Shown here: piece after piece, positions 10,638 to 19,619 of the stretch
Layout: every line of letters begins with the position of its first letter
How positions within the stretch are numbered: position 1 is the stretch's first letter
Assembly (NCBI GenBank): GCA_963733095.1
Contig: CAVTBV010000009.1
Span: forward strand, 160,001-224,000
Reading direction: 5' to 3'
DNA: 64,000 nt
Source: Candidatus Bathyarchaeota archaeon
GTDB taxonomy: Archaea; Thermoproteota; Bathyarchaeia; Bathyarchaeales; Bathycorpusculaceae
Made by a program: the position numbers and the translations under genes
The notes under the pieces: model-generated
Databases searched by the model: none
What the model was told of the DNA's origin: nothing
What the model saw: only the letters and a program-made list of their open reading frames with translations

Positions 10638-11161
10638 CTGACTCTGTCGGTTCTTGCCAAGTCTCGGAGCCTGTTAACTCCATCTATCTCCAAGATGAAG
10701 TCAGCCACACTTTTTGGCACAAGTTCAGTCCAGCTGTTATCTTTAATCATTTTCTCCCGTACCACAGTTGACATGTAGACTTTTCTCTCGAAAAGCGGGA
10801 TGGTTTTGACTTCATAGCCGGCTTCCATGAAGAGCCTCTTGGTTAGGGGTTCGTTGGAGAATAAGGCTTTGAATTTGGGTGTGTAGCCTTCGACTGCGCT
10901 AACCCATAGCATGTGCAGGTGAACGTCTGGAACGGGTACGATCCACAGTTTAGAATCCTCAACTCCCGCCTCCCGAAGTGCCTGACGAACCATAAAAAGT
11001 CGTTCGCCAGCAGTAAATGGGTTGTTTGTATTGTGGCTGTATTGGGCGCTGCCTATTACTATTACGAGTTCATCTACTTCGTTTAAGACGTATTTGATGG
11101 CGTCTAGGTGTCCTAAATGGAAAGGCTGAAATCTTCCAACGTAGAGACCTCGATTAACCAT
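10634..11161 (-). CDS. nadM: Nicotinamide-nucleotide adenylyltransferase
   Basis: GRFQPFHLGH, GSAQYSH, NPFTAGER; start placed at MVNRG. Confidence 0.95.
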   Translation of the reverse strand: MVNRGLYVGRFQPFHLGHLDAIKYVLNEVDELVIVIGSAQYSHNTNNPFTAGERLFMVRQALREAGVEDSKLWIVPVPDVHLHMLWVSAVEGYTPKFKALFSNEPLTKRLFMEAGYEVKTIPLFERKVYMSTVVREKMIKDNSWTELVPKSVADFILEIDGVNRLRDLARTDRVS

Positions 11162-11216
11162 GGTGCTCACTTGCTTTGAGTGGGCCCACCTGCATTTATC
11201 ATTTGCGTAAACCCGT

Positions 11217-11816
11217 TTAAACAAAATTTCTTAAAACATGTTCAACTGGAAAAACAGTCATTTGCTTCCCCTCAACTTGAATTTCTTTTGGAACAGGAAA
11301 CCCCCTTTTCTCCTTTCCCAAAAGCTCCATCTTTGCTTTTAAGCCAAAGCCGTAACCGCCTAACGAAAAATCTGCCCTGACAACTCTGTGACAGGGAACG
11401 ATGGGGGCAAAGGGGTTGGATGCCATGATGTTTCCGACAGCTCTGGGTCCACCGCCGACAGCCTTAGCGATTGCACCGTAGGAGGTTACATAGCCGAGGG
11501 GAATTGCCGAGGTTGCTTTGAGGACTCTTTTGGTGTAGGCTGGTAAATGAGCTGTTGCCAGAGACAGGTTGGGTTGGGCTTCTTCTCCGTCGTATATGGT
11601 TTTCAATGTTGTAAGTGTGTGTTTGGCTGAGGCTACTGGCTCATGGAAAACTTGAAAGGGCAAGTTGAATGGTACGTTACCTAAAACGTTTTTTAATGCT
11701 GTATGTTGGTTTGCTCCAAAAGAAGATGTTACGATTTGTCGTTTGTTAACGGCGACTGCAAACCATGTGTCTTCGATGTTTTGGGAGTAGATTTCTATCA
11801 TCTGGCAGGTCCGCAA
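11217..11816 (-). CDS. ogt: Methylated-DNA-protein-cysteine methyltransferase
   Basis: SYGAIA, RAVG, PCHRV active site. Confidence 0.93.
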   Translation of the reverse strand: MRTCQMIEIYSQNIEDTWFAVAVNKRQIVTSSFGANQHTALKNVLGNVPFNLPFQVFHEPVASAKHTLTTLKTIYDGEEAQPNLSLATAHLPAYTKRVLKATSAIPLGYVTSYGAIAKAVGGGPRAVGNIMASNPFAPIVPCHRVVRADFSLGGYGFGLKAKMELLGKEKRGFPVPKEIQVEGKQMTVFPVEHVLRNFV

Positions 11817-11836
11817 TGTTGAATGTTTTATTTATG

Positions 11837-12007
11837 TTAAAAGTTTCTGCGGTAAAAGCTATTTTGGCTGGAGCAATCCATGCATGTAGCAACCAACCTT
11901 ACCTTATCCACTGCAGGTTTAGCTGTCAAGAAACTTTTTGGGGTAACGGAGACGTAACCGACGGGTTTGCCGCATTTTTGGCACCTTAACGGTTCAGACT
12001 TACTCAT
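11837..12007 (-). CDS. Small zinc-finger protein
   Basis: CQKCG...CMDC; start placed at MSKSEP. Confidence 0.65.
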   Translation of the reverse strand: MSKSEPLRCQKCGKPVGYVSVTPKSFLTAKPAVDKVRLVATCMDCSSQNSFYRRNF

Positions 12008-12088
12008 GCAAGCCACTTCACTTACTCTATAATGGTTATAAGTAACCTTAATAATTTGTCTTGTGTATATCAAGAAAAGGCGAAAATT

Positions 12089-12787
12089 ATGGAAGGTTAT
12101 GGACCACAATTACCAACTTTACCCAATATTCCACAAATCCAACTGATGCCGCAAGAACAGCAGCAAGGTCAAGGCAACCAAGCCCAACAGGGCATTGCAT
12201 GGATGCCAGGCGCAACCACCGTGGGTGCAATCTTCAAAGACGGTGTAATCTTAGCTTCAGAAAAAAGAGTAACCTACGGCAATTTCATAATGAGTAAAGG
12301 CGGCAAAAAAGTCTTCAAAGTAACAGACCGCATCGGCGTTGCATGCGCTGGTCTTATTGGAGATATGCAAATTCTCGCCAAAGAAATGCAGGCACAAGCT
12401 AACCTCTTCAGCATGGATGTTGGAAGACCAATTAGCGTGCGTTCTGCAGCGAAGCTTTTGGCTAACGTACTATTTAACCGCAGATACTCACCATTGTTCA
12501 CGCAAACCATCGTCGGCGGCTTAGATGAAGAAGGTGGATCACTCTACGTGCTTGACGTCTTAGGCTCCTTAATCCCCGATAAATATGCAGTTGTTGGTTC
12601 AGGAACAGAAATCGCCATGGGAGTCCTCGAAGAAGGCTACAAAGAAACCATGAGCGCCGAAGAAGCAAAAGAACTCGTTACCCGCTCGATAAAATCCGCC
12701 GTTAGCAGAGATTCCATGAGCGGCGACGGCATAGACTTCCTTATCATAACTAAGGAAGGCATCGCCGAAGAATCCATAAAGTTTTAA
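12089..12787 (+). CDS. psmB: Proteasome beta subunit (probably non-catalytic)
   Basis: GATTVG, ASEKR, GSG, RDSMSGDG; Ala at the Thr1 position. Confidence 0.93.
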   Translation: MEGYGPQLPTLPNIPQIQLMPQEQQQGQGNQAQQGIAWMPGATTVGAIFKDGVILASEKRVTYGNFIMSKGGKKVFKVTDRIGVACAGLIGDMQILAKEMQAQANLFSMDVGRPISVRSAAKLLANVLFNRRYSPLFTQTIVGGLDEEGGSLYVLDVLGSLIPDKYAVVGSGTEIAMGVLEEGYKETMSAEEAKELVTRSIKSAVSRDSMSGDGIDFLIITKEGIAEESIKF

Positions 12788-12853
12788 CTCTTTATTTTTT
12801 TAATATTTTTTAGTTTATTTAGTGTTTGAGTAGCCTTGCATGGGTGGAATGGT

Positions 12854-13477
12854 ATGTCGTTTGAACTAACTGATGAAGAAGGAAAATTTCTAATCAACTT
12901 AGCCCGAAAAACAGTGGAACAATACTTGCAAACAGGCAAAGTCCCCAAACCGCCCAAAGAAACACCAGAAAAACTCTTCGCGCACTGCGGGGTATTTGTG
13001 ACCATAAACAGCGTCAGCAGTGGAGCGAAGGAGCTACGAGGATGCATTGGTTATCCCTATCCTACCAGCCCACTTGTGGAAGCAGTGATTGACAGCGCCA
13101 TCAACGCGGCAACAGAAGACCCACGCTTTGAACCCTTAACTGCCCAAGAGTTGGGCAAAGTTGTTTTCGAAGTCAGCGTGCTAACGCCGCCCGAACCAGT
13201 AGACGTAGCAAATCCCAAAGAGTACCTGAGCAAAATCAAGGTTGGCGAAGATGGCTTAATAGTTGAACGCGGACCCTACAAGGGGCTGCTTTTGCCGCAG
13301 GTTCCAGTGGAGTGGGGCTGGTGTGAAGAAGAATTCCTCTGCCAATGCTGCATGAAAGCAGGGTTGCCGCCAGATTCTTGGTTAACGAAAGATGCAAGAC
13401 TCTACAAGTTCAAAGCCATAATCTTTGATGAACAAACCCCAAACGGCGAAGTCAAACGCCTAAAACTAACCAAATAA
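12854..13477 (+). CDS. AMMECR1-domain protein
   Basis: GVFVT, LRGCIG, DPRF, EVSVLT, LLPQV. Confidence 0.95.
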   Translation: MSFELTDEEGKFLINLARKTVEQYLQTGKVPKPPKETPEKLFAHCGVFVTINSVSSGAKELRGCIGYPYPTSPLVEAVIDSAINAATEDPRFEPLTAQELGKVVFEVSVLTPPEPVDVANPKEYLSKIKVGEDGLIVERGPYKGLLLPQVPVEWGWCEEEFLCQCCMKAGLPPDSWLTKDARLYKFKAIIFDEQTPNGEVKRLKLTK

Positions 13478-13479
13478 AC

Positions 13480-14619
13480 TCAATCAAGCAGGGTTTCTAT
13501 GATTGAAACTGCCCTATCCAAACCGTTGAACTTGTTTGAGAACTCATTTAGTTCCGCCATATTTTTGTTGTAGGCTTCTTTTTCATTTTCCAATTTTTGA
13601 ACGGCTTTTTTGAGCTCCTTCTTGTTCTTTACGGTGATGGAGCAGTTTAGGTCTTGAAGTTTTGCTGCGTTGCCCAGCTGTTCAGGCTGGGTTGGGATGC
13701 AGATGCTTGGTTTAGCATACTTGATTGTTTCAAAGCATGTTGCGTGTCCGCCGCTGAAGATTACGAATTTGGCGTTTTTCATGGCTTTCTCTCTTTCTTG
13801 GGGAGTTAGCCATGTGTGGAGTTCGCAGTTGCCGATTTTAGTTGAAACCCTCTTTCCCGGGGTGCCCAGGCTTATGATGCATTTGGTTTTGAGTTTTTCG
13901 AGCACGGGAATAAGCGTTTTTGTTAGTTTTGCTCTTGTTCCGACGGGTCCGCTTATTGCGGCGTAGATGTGTTCTTGAGAACCCTCTACAGGTGAGGTGT
14001 CAACGAAGGCTCCTACATACTCGAAATTTTCTTTTAATCCGACATGGTCTAAATCGCCGATGCTGTATTCGGATACCGTGTAGGGTGGGGGGTTGTCAGG
14101 AATTATGATTTTTGAACACTGTTTCACGTACCGCTCAACTACGCGCTCACCCGGACTAAGAAAAGCTGAGAAGCCATAGCTGGGCCTTATCATGTTGGCG
14201 ATGTACACTGATGGAATTTTCCATCTTTGTGCCAGCCGAAGAGCGTTTATGTCGCCGTCCGCGATGAGCATGTCGGGTGCAATGTCATGGAGGTTTTTTC
14301 TTAAATCGTAGTAGCGGTTGATGGTTTCCATAGCGTTAGATTTCTTTAGTTCAAACCTGTTCTGCTCCATGTTAAAGAGAGGCAAAGGCACAAGAAGGTT
14401 CAGAAGCGAAGCCGAAGTGATTATGCCATGAGCGTTCTCGTACCAGGACACAGGGGTGCATTCGTAAACATGCTTGAACTCTCTTTGAAGCATTTCGTAG
14501 GCTTTGCCGCCTGAAAAAAAGAACATTTCGTGGCCGTTTTTCTCCAGCCGTTTTCCTAAAGGAATAATTCGCGAAACATGTCCTAATCCAAGTTCGGAAC
14601 AACTCAATAGCAATCGCAT
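13480..14619 (-). CDS. GT-B glycosyltransferase (GT28/MJ1255-like)
   Basis: GLGHVSR N-terminus, GGHAT..E, PEQLGNA. Confidence 0.85.
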   Translation of the reverse strand: MRLLLSCSELGLGHVSRIIPLGKRLEKNGHEMFFFSGGKAYEMLQREFKHVYECTPVSWYENAHGIITSASLLNLLVPLPLFNMEQNRFELKKSNAMETINRYYDLRKNLHDIAPDMLIADGDINALRLAQRWKIPSVYIANMIRPSYGFSAFLSPGERVVERYVKQCSKIIIPDNPPPYTVSEYSIGDLDHVGLKENFEYVGAFVDTSPVEGSQEHIYAAISGPVGTRAKLTKTLIPVLEKLKTKCIISLGTPGKRVSTKIGNCELHTWLTPQEREKAMKNAKFVIFSGGHATCFETIKYAKPSICIPTQPEQLGNAAKLQDLNCSITVKNKKELKKAVQKLENEKEAYNKNMAELNEFSNKFNGLDRAVSIIETLLD

Positions 14620-14712
14620 ATTGATACAGGTTAATACAAGATTATATTTGAACTATCCCTTAAAAGGGGAAAAAAGGCAAGCAATTTAAGGCGTAAGCAT
14701 TAAAGTACACGT

Positions 14713-15567
14713 ATGTTTGTTCCCCGAAGGCTTGTAGAGGAAAAGCTCAAGCAATTTCTCGCCGACGACATCGGGCAGGGCGACGTGTCGGCAGCCGCGG
14801 CTATTCCTTCGAATTTAACCGTTAAAGCAGAGATTATTGCGAAGGAAGATGGCGTAGCGGCTGGAATCGAAGAAGCCACATTTCTCGCTGAGTACTTGGG
14901 GTTGATAGTTAAGACCAAAGTTGCTGATGGAGAAAAAATCAAAAACAAACAAGTCCTAATGAAAATTTCGGGAGATGCCCAAACAATACTTTCAGCTGAA
15001 CGAACCGTGCTTAATCTTCTTTCGCGAATGAGCGGCATCGCAACCAAAACACACGCTTTGGCTGAGAGGCTTGAGAGGGCAAACGTAAAAGCGAAAATTG
15101 CGGCGACACGCAAATCTGCACCGGGATTGCTCTACTTTGACAAAAAAGCAGTTGTAATTGGTGGCGGTGACCCGCATAGGCTGCATTTAGACGACATGGT
15201 ACTGCTTAAAGATAATCATTTGGTTATTGTGGGAAGCGTCGAAGAAGCCATCAGAAATGCTAAAGCTAATTCATCCTTCTCCAAAAAAATCGAAGTTGAA
15301 GTCGCAGACCTCGCAGACGCCTTGAAAGCCGCAAACGCGGGTGCAGATATCATTATGCTGGATAATTTTTCTCCCAAACAAGCCAAGGCGACTGGTGAAG
15401 CCCTAAGAAAAGCTGGATTTGCCAAAGTGCTGCTGGAAGTTAGCGGCGGAATCACGGGCGAAAACCTATTAGAGTTTGCCCAGGCAGAGGTTGACGTCAT
15501 AAGTATGGGCGAGTTGACTCATAGCGTTAAGGCACTTGACATCAGTTTGGAAATAGTGAAGACGTAG
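14713..15567 (+). CDS. nadC: Nicotinate-nucleotide pyrophosphorylase
   Basis: TRKS, HRLHLDD, KDNH, IEVEV, MLDN, EVSGGI. Confidence 0.97.
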   Translation: MFVPRRLVEEKLKQFLADDIGQGDVSAAAAIPSNLTVKAEIIAKEDGVAAGIEEATFLAEYLGLIVKTKVADGEKIKNKQVLMKISGDAQTILSAERTVLNLLSRMSGIATKTHALAERLERANVKAKIAATRKSAPGLLYFDKKAVVIGGGDPHRLHLDDMVLLKDNHLVIVGSVEEAIRNAKANSSFSKKIEVEVADLADALKAANAGADIIMLDNFSPKQAKATGEALRKAGFAKVLLEVSGGITGENLLEFAQAEVDVISMGELTHSVKALDISLEIVKT

Positions 15568-15588
15568 AAAGAAAGGCTTTTTCCTGTT

Positions 15589-16182
15589 TTAGGCTGCAAG
15601 ATTTATTAGCCAAACTTCTACCACAGCGCCTATAGCAAGCAGACCCGCGCAGGTGCCAATGGATAATACCAACCATTTTAGTTCACGCCAAAGTATCCTT
15701 CGACCGCCATGCGGCACCTTGGATTTACCTGCCTGTATCAACCTTCTAATCAGCCAAATGCTCTCAGCCATAGCGATGGAGTAGGCTGCAAATTCCAGCC
15801 AGAACACTGGGGTCACTATCAAACTTGCAAGACCCAGCCATACAGGGTAGCCTTGTGTGGTTGCTATAGCGTTGAGGGCAATTCCTGTGTCGAATAGTAT
15901 GAACATTCCCACTGCAGCCCCCGCTAATGGCAAGAACATTAGCAAGCAGATGGAGAAGTTGTTTATGAAAATGTATTCTGTCAAGGTGTTGTTGGCTTTG
16001 TGCTGGTTTAATGTAGCATTTACCTGATTACTCAGCGTTGTGGCGTCTTGTGAACTTAGAGGTATGTAGGATCCAATTAATGTGACTATGAATGCAACAA
16101 GGAATATGGCTGTGATTGAATAGATTCTTTTTCGTCTTGGTGAAGCGTTCTTCCAAAAAGATAAATCAAGTTTCATAATCAA
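15589..16182 (-). CDS. SpoIIM-like membrane protein
   Basis: IFINN, LEF.A, GAVVE motifs, multi-TM. Confidence 0.8.
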   Translation of the reverse strand: MIMKLDLSFWKNASPRRKRIYSITAIFLVAFIVTLIGSYIPLSSQDATTLSNQVNATLNQHKANNTLTEYIFINNFSICLLMFLPLAGAAVGMFILFDTGIALNAIATTQGYPVWLGLASLIVTPVFWLEFAAYSIAMAESIWLIRRLIQAGKSKVPHGGRRILWRELKWLVLSIGTCAGLLAIGAVVEVWLINLAA

Positions 16183-16189
16183 ACCAGCT

Positions 16190-16882
16190 TTAATTCATTG
16201 GCTTAATCTTTAGGGCTCGGAATCCTCTTGCAATAGGGTTTAAGGTTTCTGATAATTTAACCTTTGTTAGAACTTTTTGCGTATCAACGCTGAATCCGCG
16301 AAGGTCATGCTCGTTTGCTATAAGAGAATGAAGATACACCCAGTTACCTAAGAATCTGGGCTGGCACATTAACGGCAACCCCAACAAAACACTTTCTTTC
16401 TCTTCCACCGCTCTTTGGGCGGCAAACAGAATTGCCTCTGCCCCAGCTGTTAATTCAGCAATCCGCACAGGCATGCTCTCTTTGCCAATAGCCAACATGT
16501 CTATGGCGTGAAGACGCTTTATTTCACAGGCAATCTTTCTGAGCCTTGGCAGAATCTTTAGAATGTTTTGTCTTCCCTTACCGGATGCTCTAAGATTCAA
16601 TAGTTCCACTGGCGATAGCTCTTCGACGGAAACTCCGCCCAGCGTCATATCCAAATGTACAACATCAGCCCTCATCATGTCCAGTAGACTTCTGCAAAGC
16701 TCAGCTTCGTGCACAATCACATCAAACCCCGTTTCGACTTCCCTGAAAATCGGTTCAGCTAAACGAAATGCAGGTTCCCTGTAAGGCGGCTCAACTAAAA
16801 CAGAAACGGAAGCCACATGGAGCAACGGCTTAAACTGATCGTCTAAAATGGCTGCTGCAGAATCCGCCGAAATAACCTTCAA
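16190..16882 (-). CDS. Conserved archaeal protein (DUF4152-like)
   Basis: ADS.AAIL, DVVHLD, AIGKES.PVRIAEL. Confidence 0.65.
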   Translation of the reverse strand: MKVISADSAAAILDDQFKPLLHVASVSVLVEPPYREPAFRLAEPIFREVETGFDVIVHEAELCRSLLDMMRADVVHLDMTLGGVSVEELSPVELLNLRASGKGRQNILKILPRLRKIACEIKRLHAIDMLAIGKESMPVRIAELTAGAEAILFAAQRAVEEKESVLLGLPLMCQPRFLGNWVYLHSLIANEHDLRGFSVDTQKVLTKVKLSETLNPIARGFRALKIKPMN

Positions 16883-16920
16883 GCCTTACACCTGACTATA
16901 AGAAGAGTTGAGCGGGAAAA

Positions 16921-17562
16921 TTAGTTTTCCCCTTCACATTCACACGCCGTTTTCAAGCCCAACGCTAAAAGGTACATTTCGCTGCTTTGTTGTCGGCTTG
17001 CCTGAGGCTTCACCAATTTTACCTCTTCAAAGAGGGTTTTCACGTGTAGAAGGAAGTCGTTTAGCAGATCGCCTTCGAAGACTTTGACAAAAAAGTTTCC
17101 GTTTACTCGCAGTACACATTGGGCGATTTCTAGGGCTTGGGTCGCTAAGTCGATTTGTCTTGCGTGGTCAACTTCCCATACGCCTGTGATGTTTGGGGCA
17201 GCGTCGCAGAGAACGACGTCCGCTTTGCGTGGAATAAACGAGATAATTTGGTCAACTACGCCTGGTTCTGTGAAGTCGGCGATGATTGTTCTGATATATT
17301 CTTGCGTGAAGGGGTCAATCGGCTTTAAGTCTAAGCCTAAAACAAAGCCGTGTTTGCCTGTCATTTTTCTTGCCGCTTGAATCCAGCCGCCTGGAGCCGC
17401 ACCTAAATCTACAACGACATCGCGCAGTTTGATGAAGCCGTATTTCTCGTTAGCTTGAACCAGTTTGTATGTGGATCGGCTACGATAATTTTCTTCTTTG
17501 GCTTTTTTATAGTAATATTCGTTTTTTCTCTCACGTATCCAAGCTTTCGGCAACGGAATCAT
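16921..17562 (-). CDS. rlmE: 23S rRNA Um2552 methyltransferase (FtsJ/RlmE)
   Basis: YRSRS.YKL, DLGAAPGGW, DAAPN, KVF, ASR..SSEMY. Confidence 0.95.
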   Translation of the reverse strand: MIPLPKAWIRERKNEYYYKKAKEENYRSRSTYKLVQANEKYGFIKLRDVVVDLGAAPGGWIQAARKMTGKHGFVLGLDLKPIDPFTQEYIRTIIADFTEPGVVDQIISFIPRKADVVLCDAAPNITGVWEVDHARQIDLATQALEIAQCVLRVNGNFFVKVFEGDLLNDFLLHVKTLFEEVKLVKPQASRQQSSEMYLLALGLKTACECEGEN

Positions 17563-17980
17563 CCTCTGGTATGCTTGGCTCTGGTGCTGAGGCGCTTTGA
17601 CCTTCAGTGTCAGTAACTGCTGGCGCTGGCGGTTTTCCTAAGTTCAGTATCCAATCGGTTAGTTTGGGGCAACTTTTGGGGGAAAGGGCGGTTGTGGGGT
17701 CGCAGCGTGCGTTGTCTGGGCATAATAAGCATGGGCAATCCACGATGGTTTCTATGGATGCAGGCAGCCTTTTGGGGTAGAGCCTATAGGTCCATCTGCC
17801 TTCTTGGAGTTCTTTTTCCCTGCGGATAAGCCCCTTCTCTTCTAGTTTAATCGACACGCGAGAACCTTCGCGGCTGCTTGCGCCGAGTTCACGCCATAAA
17901 TCTGATTGCAGTACACCCTGATAACCTGTACCGACGACGTAGTGAAGTGCTTTCTGTTCAAGGTCATTACGCTTAGGCAT
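17531..17980 (-). CDS. TFE-beta / RPC34-like winged-helix Fe-S protein
   Basis: GVLQSDLWRELG.SSREGSR wHTH plus C-terminal PCLLCP...C...SPKSC..LTDW. Confidence 0.8.
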   Translation of the reverse strand: MPKRNDLEQKALHYVVGTGYQGVLQSDLWRELGASSREGSRVSIKLEEKGLIRREKELQEGRWTYRLYPKRLPASIETIVDCPCLLCPDNARCDPTTALSPKSCPKLTDWILNLGKPPAPAVTDTEGQSASAPEPSIPEDDSVAESLDT

Positions 17981-18017
17981 TTATGATCAGTTCCAAATAA
18001 TACAGTAATATAAGCGT

Positions 18018-18046
18018 TGGATTCACATAAAAATATGTTTCCTTAG
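18018..18046 (+). repeat. Candidate attL
   Basis: tggattc-acataa-aaatatgtttccttag versus tggattc-aaatatgtatccctag at 28164-28186. Confidence 0.55.
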
Positions 18047-18119
18047 CTGTAGCTGAGAATATATCTACCATCTTTAGTTTTTTTGAAAAGCTTTTTAACG
18101 ATAGAGAGGTTGTTAGCAA

Positions 18120-19490
18120 TTGAGCGATTTGACTCAAGCTAATGAAAAATGGGTTCTATCCTTTGAAAGTGGTCGCAATTGGCTACCTCACTTGCCTAGT
18201 TCAAGTACTAAAGAGCCGTTCATTCGACACCTAAAGAAATACTCTCTATGGGCTAAAATGAATCCTGATGAATTGATAAATTTCAAGATTGAAGGTTTAA
18301 AAGCAGTAGCAACAGAAAAGGAATTCCAAGCCGAAAGAATGCTAGAGAAGTATCTTAGACAAACTGGAATGACGCAATCAGTTGCAGCATACGCCAAAAA
18401 CGCCATTATTAGCTTCTATAAGCACAATTGGAGAGAACTTAATTCAGAAGTCGCTAGAGATATTGAGCCACCAGAAGCAAAAAAGAGAACGCCTAAGCTA
18501 GAAGAAATTCAAGAGCTAGAAAGCAACTGTACAACCGCTAGAGATAGGGCTTTAATTTGGTTTTTCCCGTCTACTGGTTTTAGGATAGGAACGCTAACCA
18601 AGCTATTTAGAAATGACCTTAAACCTACTGGTGACGCTGAAGTACCTTATTATCTGGAAATAGAAGCTAAGAGACTAAAAGGCTCTGGAATTGGTAAGTA
18701 CAAAGGGCTTAAACAAATCACCTTTGTTAACAGCTTTGTTTGGGCTAAGATGCAAGATTACTTCGCTGAAGCTAAAAGAAGAGGTTTTAATCTAACTGAG
18801 GATTCACCGCTATTTATCGGATACAAAGGTCGATTTACTAAAGAAGAAAGAAAGCTATCCGTTAAACCCAAAAAAGTTAGAGCAATGACTGAAGGAGCAA
18901 TCAATAACACTTATGACAATGCATCACTAGCCGCTTGGAAAGACTTAGAGGTAAAACGCTTTTCTCCCCATGACAACAGAGATGTTTTACAGAGTGCTTT
19001 AGAGAATGTCGTTAACGATAACATGATAGCTCCTATGTTAGCCCATAAACCAAAAAACGCTGTTGACTTCCACTATTCAAGCCACTTATGGCAAGAGCTA
19101 TTACCAAAATACAAATTGGCATTACCAAAACTAATCCCACAAACCACAGCAGAACTTAAAATAGAAATAAACCAACAGAAAGCAACTAACCAAAAACAGC
19201 AATCCGAAATAGAAGCCATAAAAGAAGAAATGAATGCAAGATTTGAAAAACTAGCTTCTCTTTTGAAAAGTGATGCAAAAGTATTACCGCCTGAAAATCA
19301 AGATGAAATATTTAGATTAAAGACAAATGGATTACTATCGGAAAGTGAAATAGCACAAAAGCTTAAACTTAAACTTAAGGCAACGGAAGACCATTATATT
19401 GATGAAAACGGAAAAGAATTAGACCCTAAAACTTTAACGGAAGAGCAAAAGAAGAAATTTAAATCTGTAACGGAGTATTGGGAACTTTAA
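18120..19490 (+). CDS. Tyrosine recombinase/integrase
   Basis: RDRAL..STGFRIG (Arg), SPHDNR (HxxR), MLAH, FHYS (Tyr): full catalytic set; coiled-coil C-terminal extension. Confidence 0.92.
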   Translation: MSDLTQANEKWVLSFESGRNWLPHLPSSSTKEPFIRHLKKYSLWAKMNPDELINFKIEGLKAVATEKEFQAERMLEKYLRQTGMTQSVAAYAKNAIISFYKHNWRELNSEVARDIEPPEAKKRTPKLEEIQELESNCTTARDRALIWFFPSTGFRIGTLTKLFRNDLKPTGDAEVPYYLEIEAKRLKGSGIGKYKGLKQITFVNSFVWAKMQDYFAEAKRRGFNLTEDSPLFIGYKGRFTKEERKLSVKPKKVRAMTEGAINNTYDNASLAAWKDLEVKRFSPHDNRDVLQSALENVVNDNMIAPMLAHKPKNAVDFHYSSHLWQELLPKYKLALPKLIPQTTAELKIEINQQKATNQKQQSEIEAIKEEMNARFEKLASLLKSDAKVLPPENQDEIFRLKTNGLLSESEIAQKLKLKLKATEDHYIDENGKELDPKTLTEEQKKKFKSVTEYWEL

Positions 19491-19569
19491 TTTACGCTCT
19501 TTTCCCACATCTTTTTTATTCTCTTTTTACCCTAAGATTCTAAATTATAGCCAACTATCAAAGATTGAT

Positions 19570-19605
19570 ACTAAGATAGTATGTGATTCTAAACTAAGAT
19601 AGTAT
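19570..19605 (+). repeat. 13-bp perfect direct repeat (actaagatagtat x2)
   Basis: 19570-19582 and 19593-19605. Confidence 0.8.
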
Positions 19606-19619
19606 AGATAATATAATAT

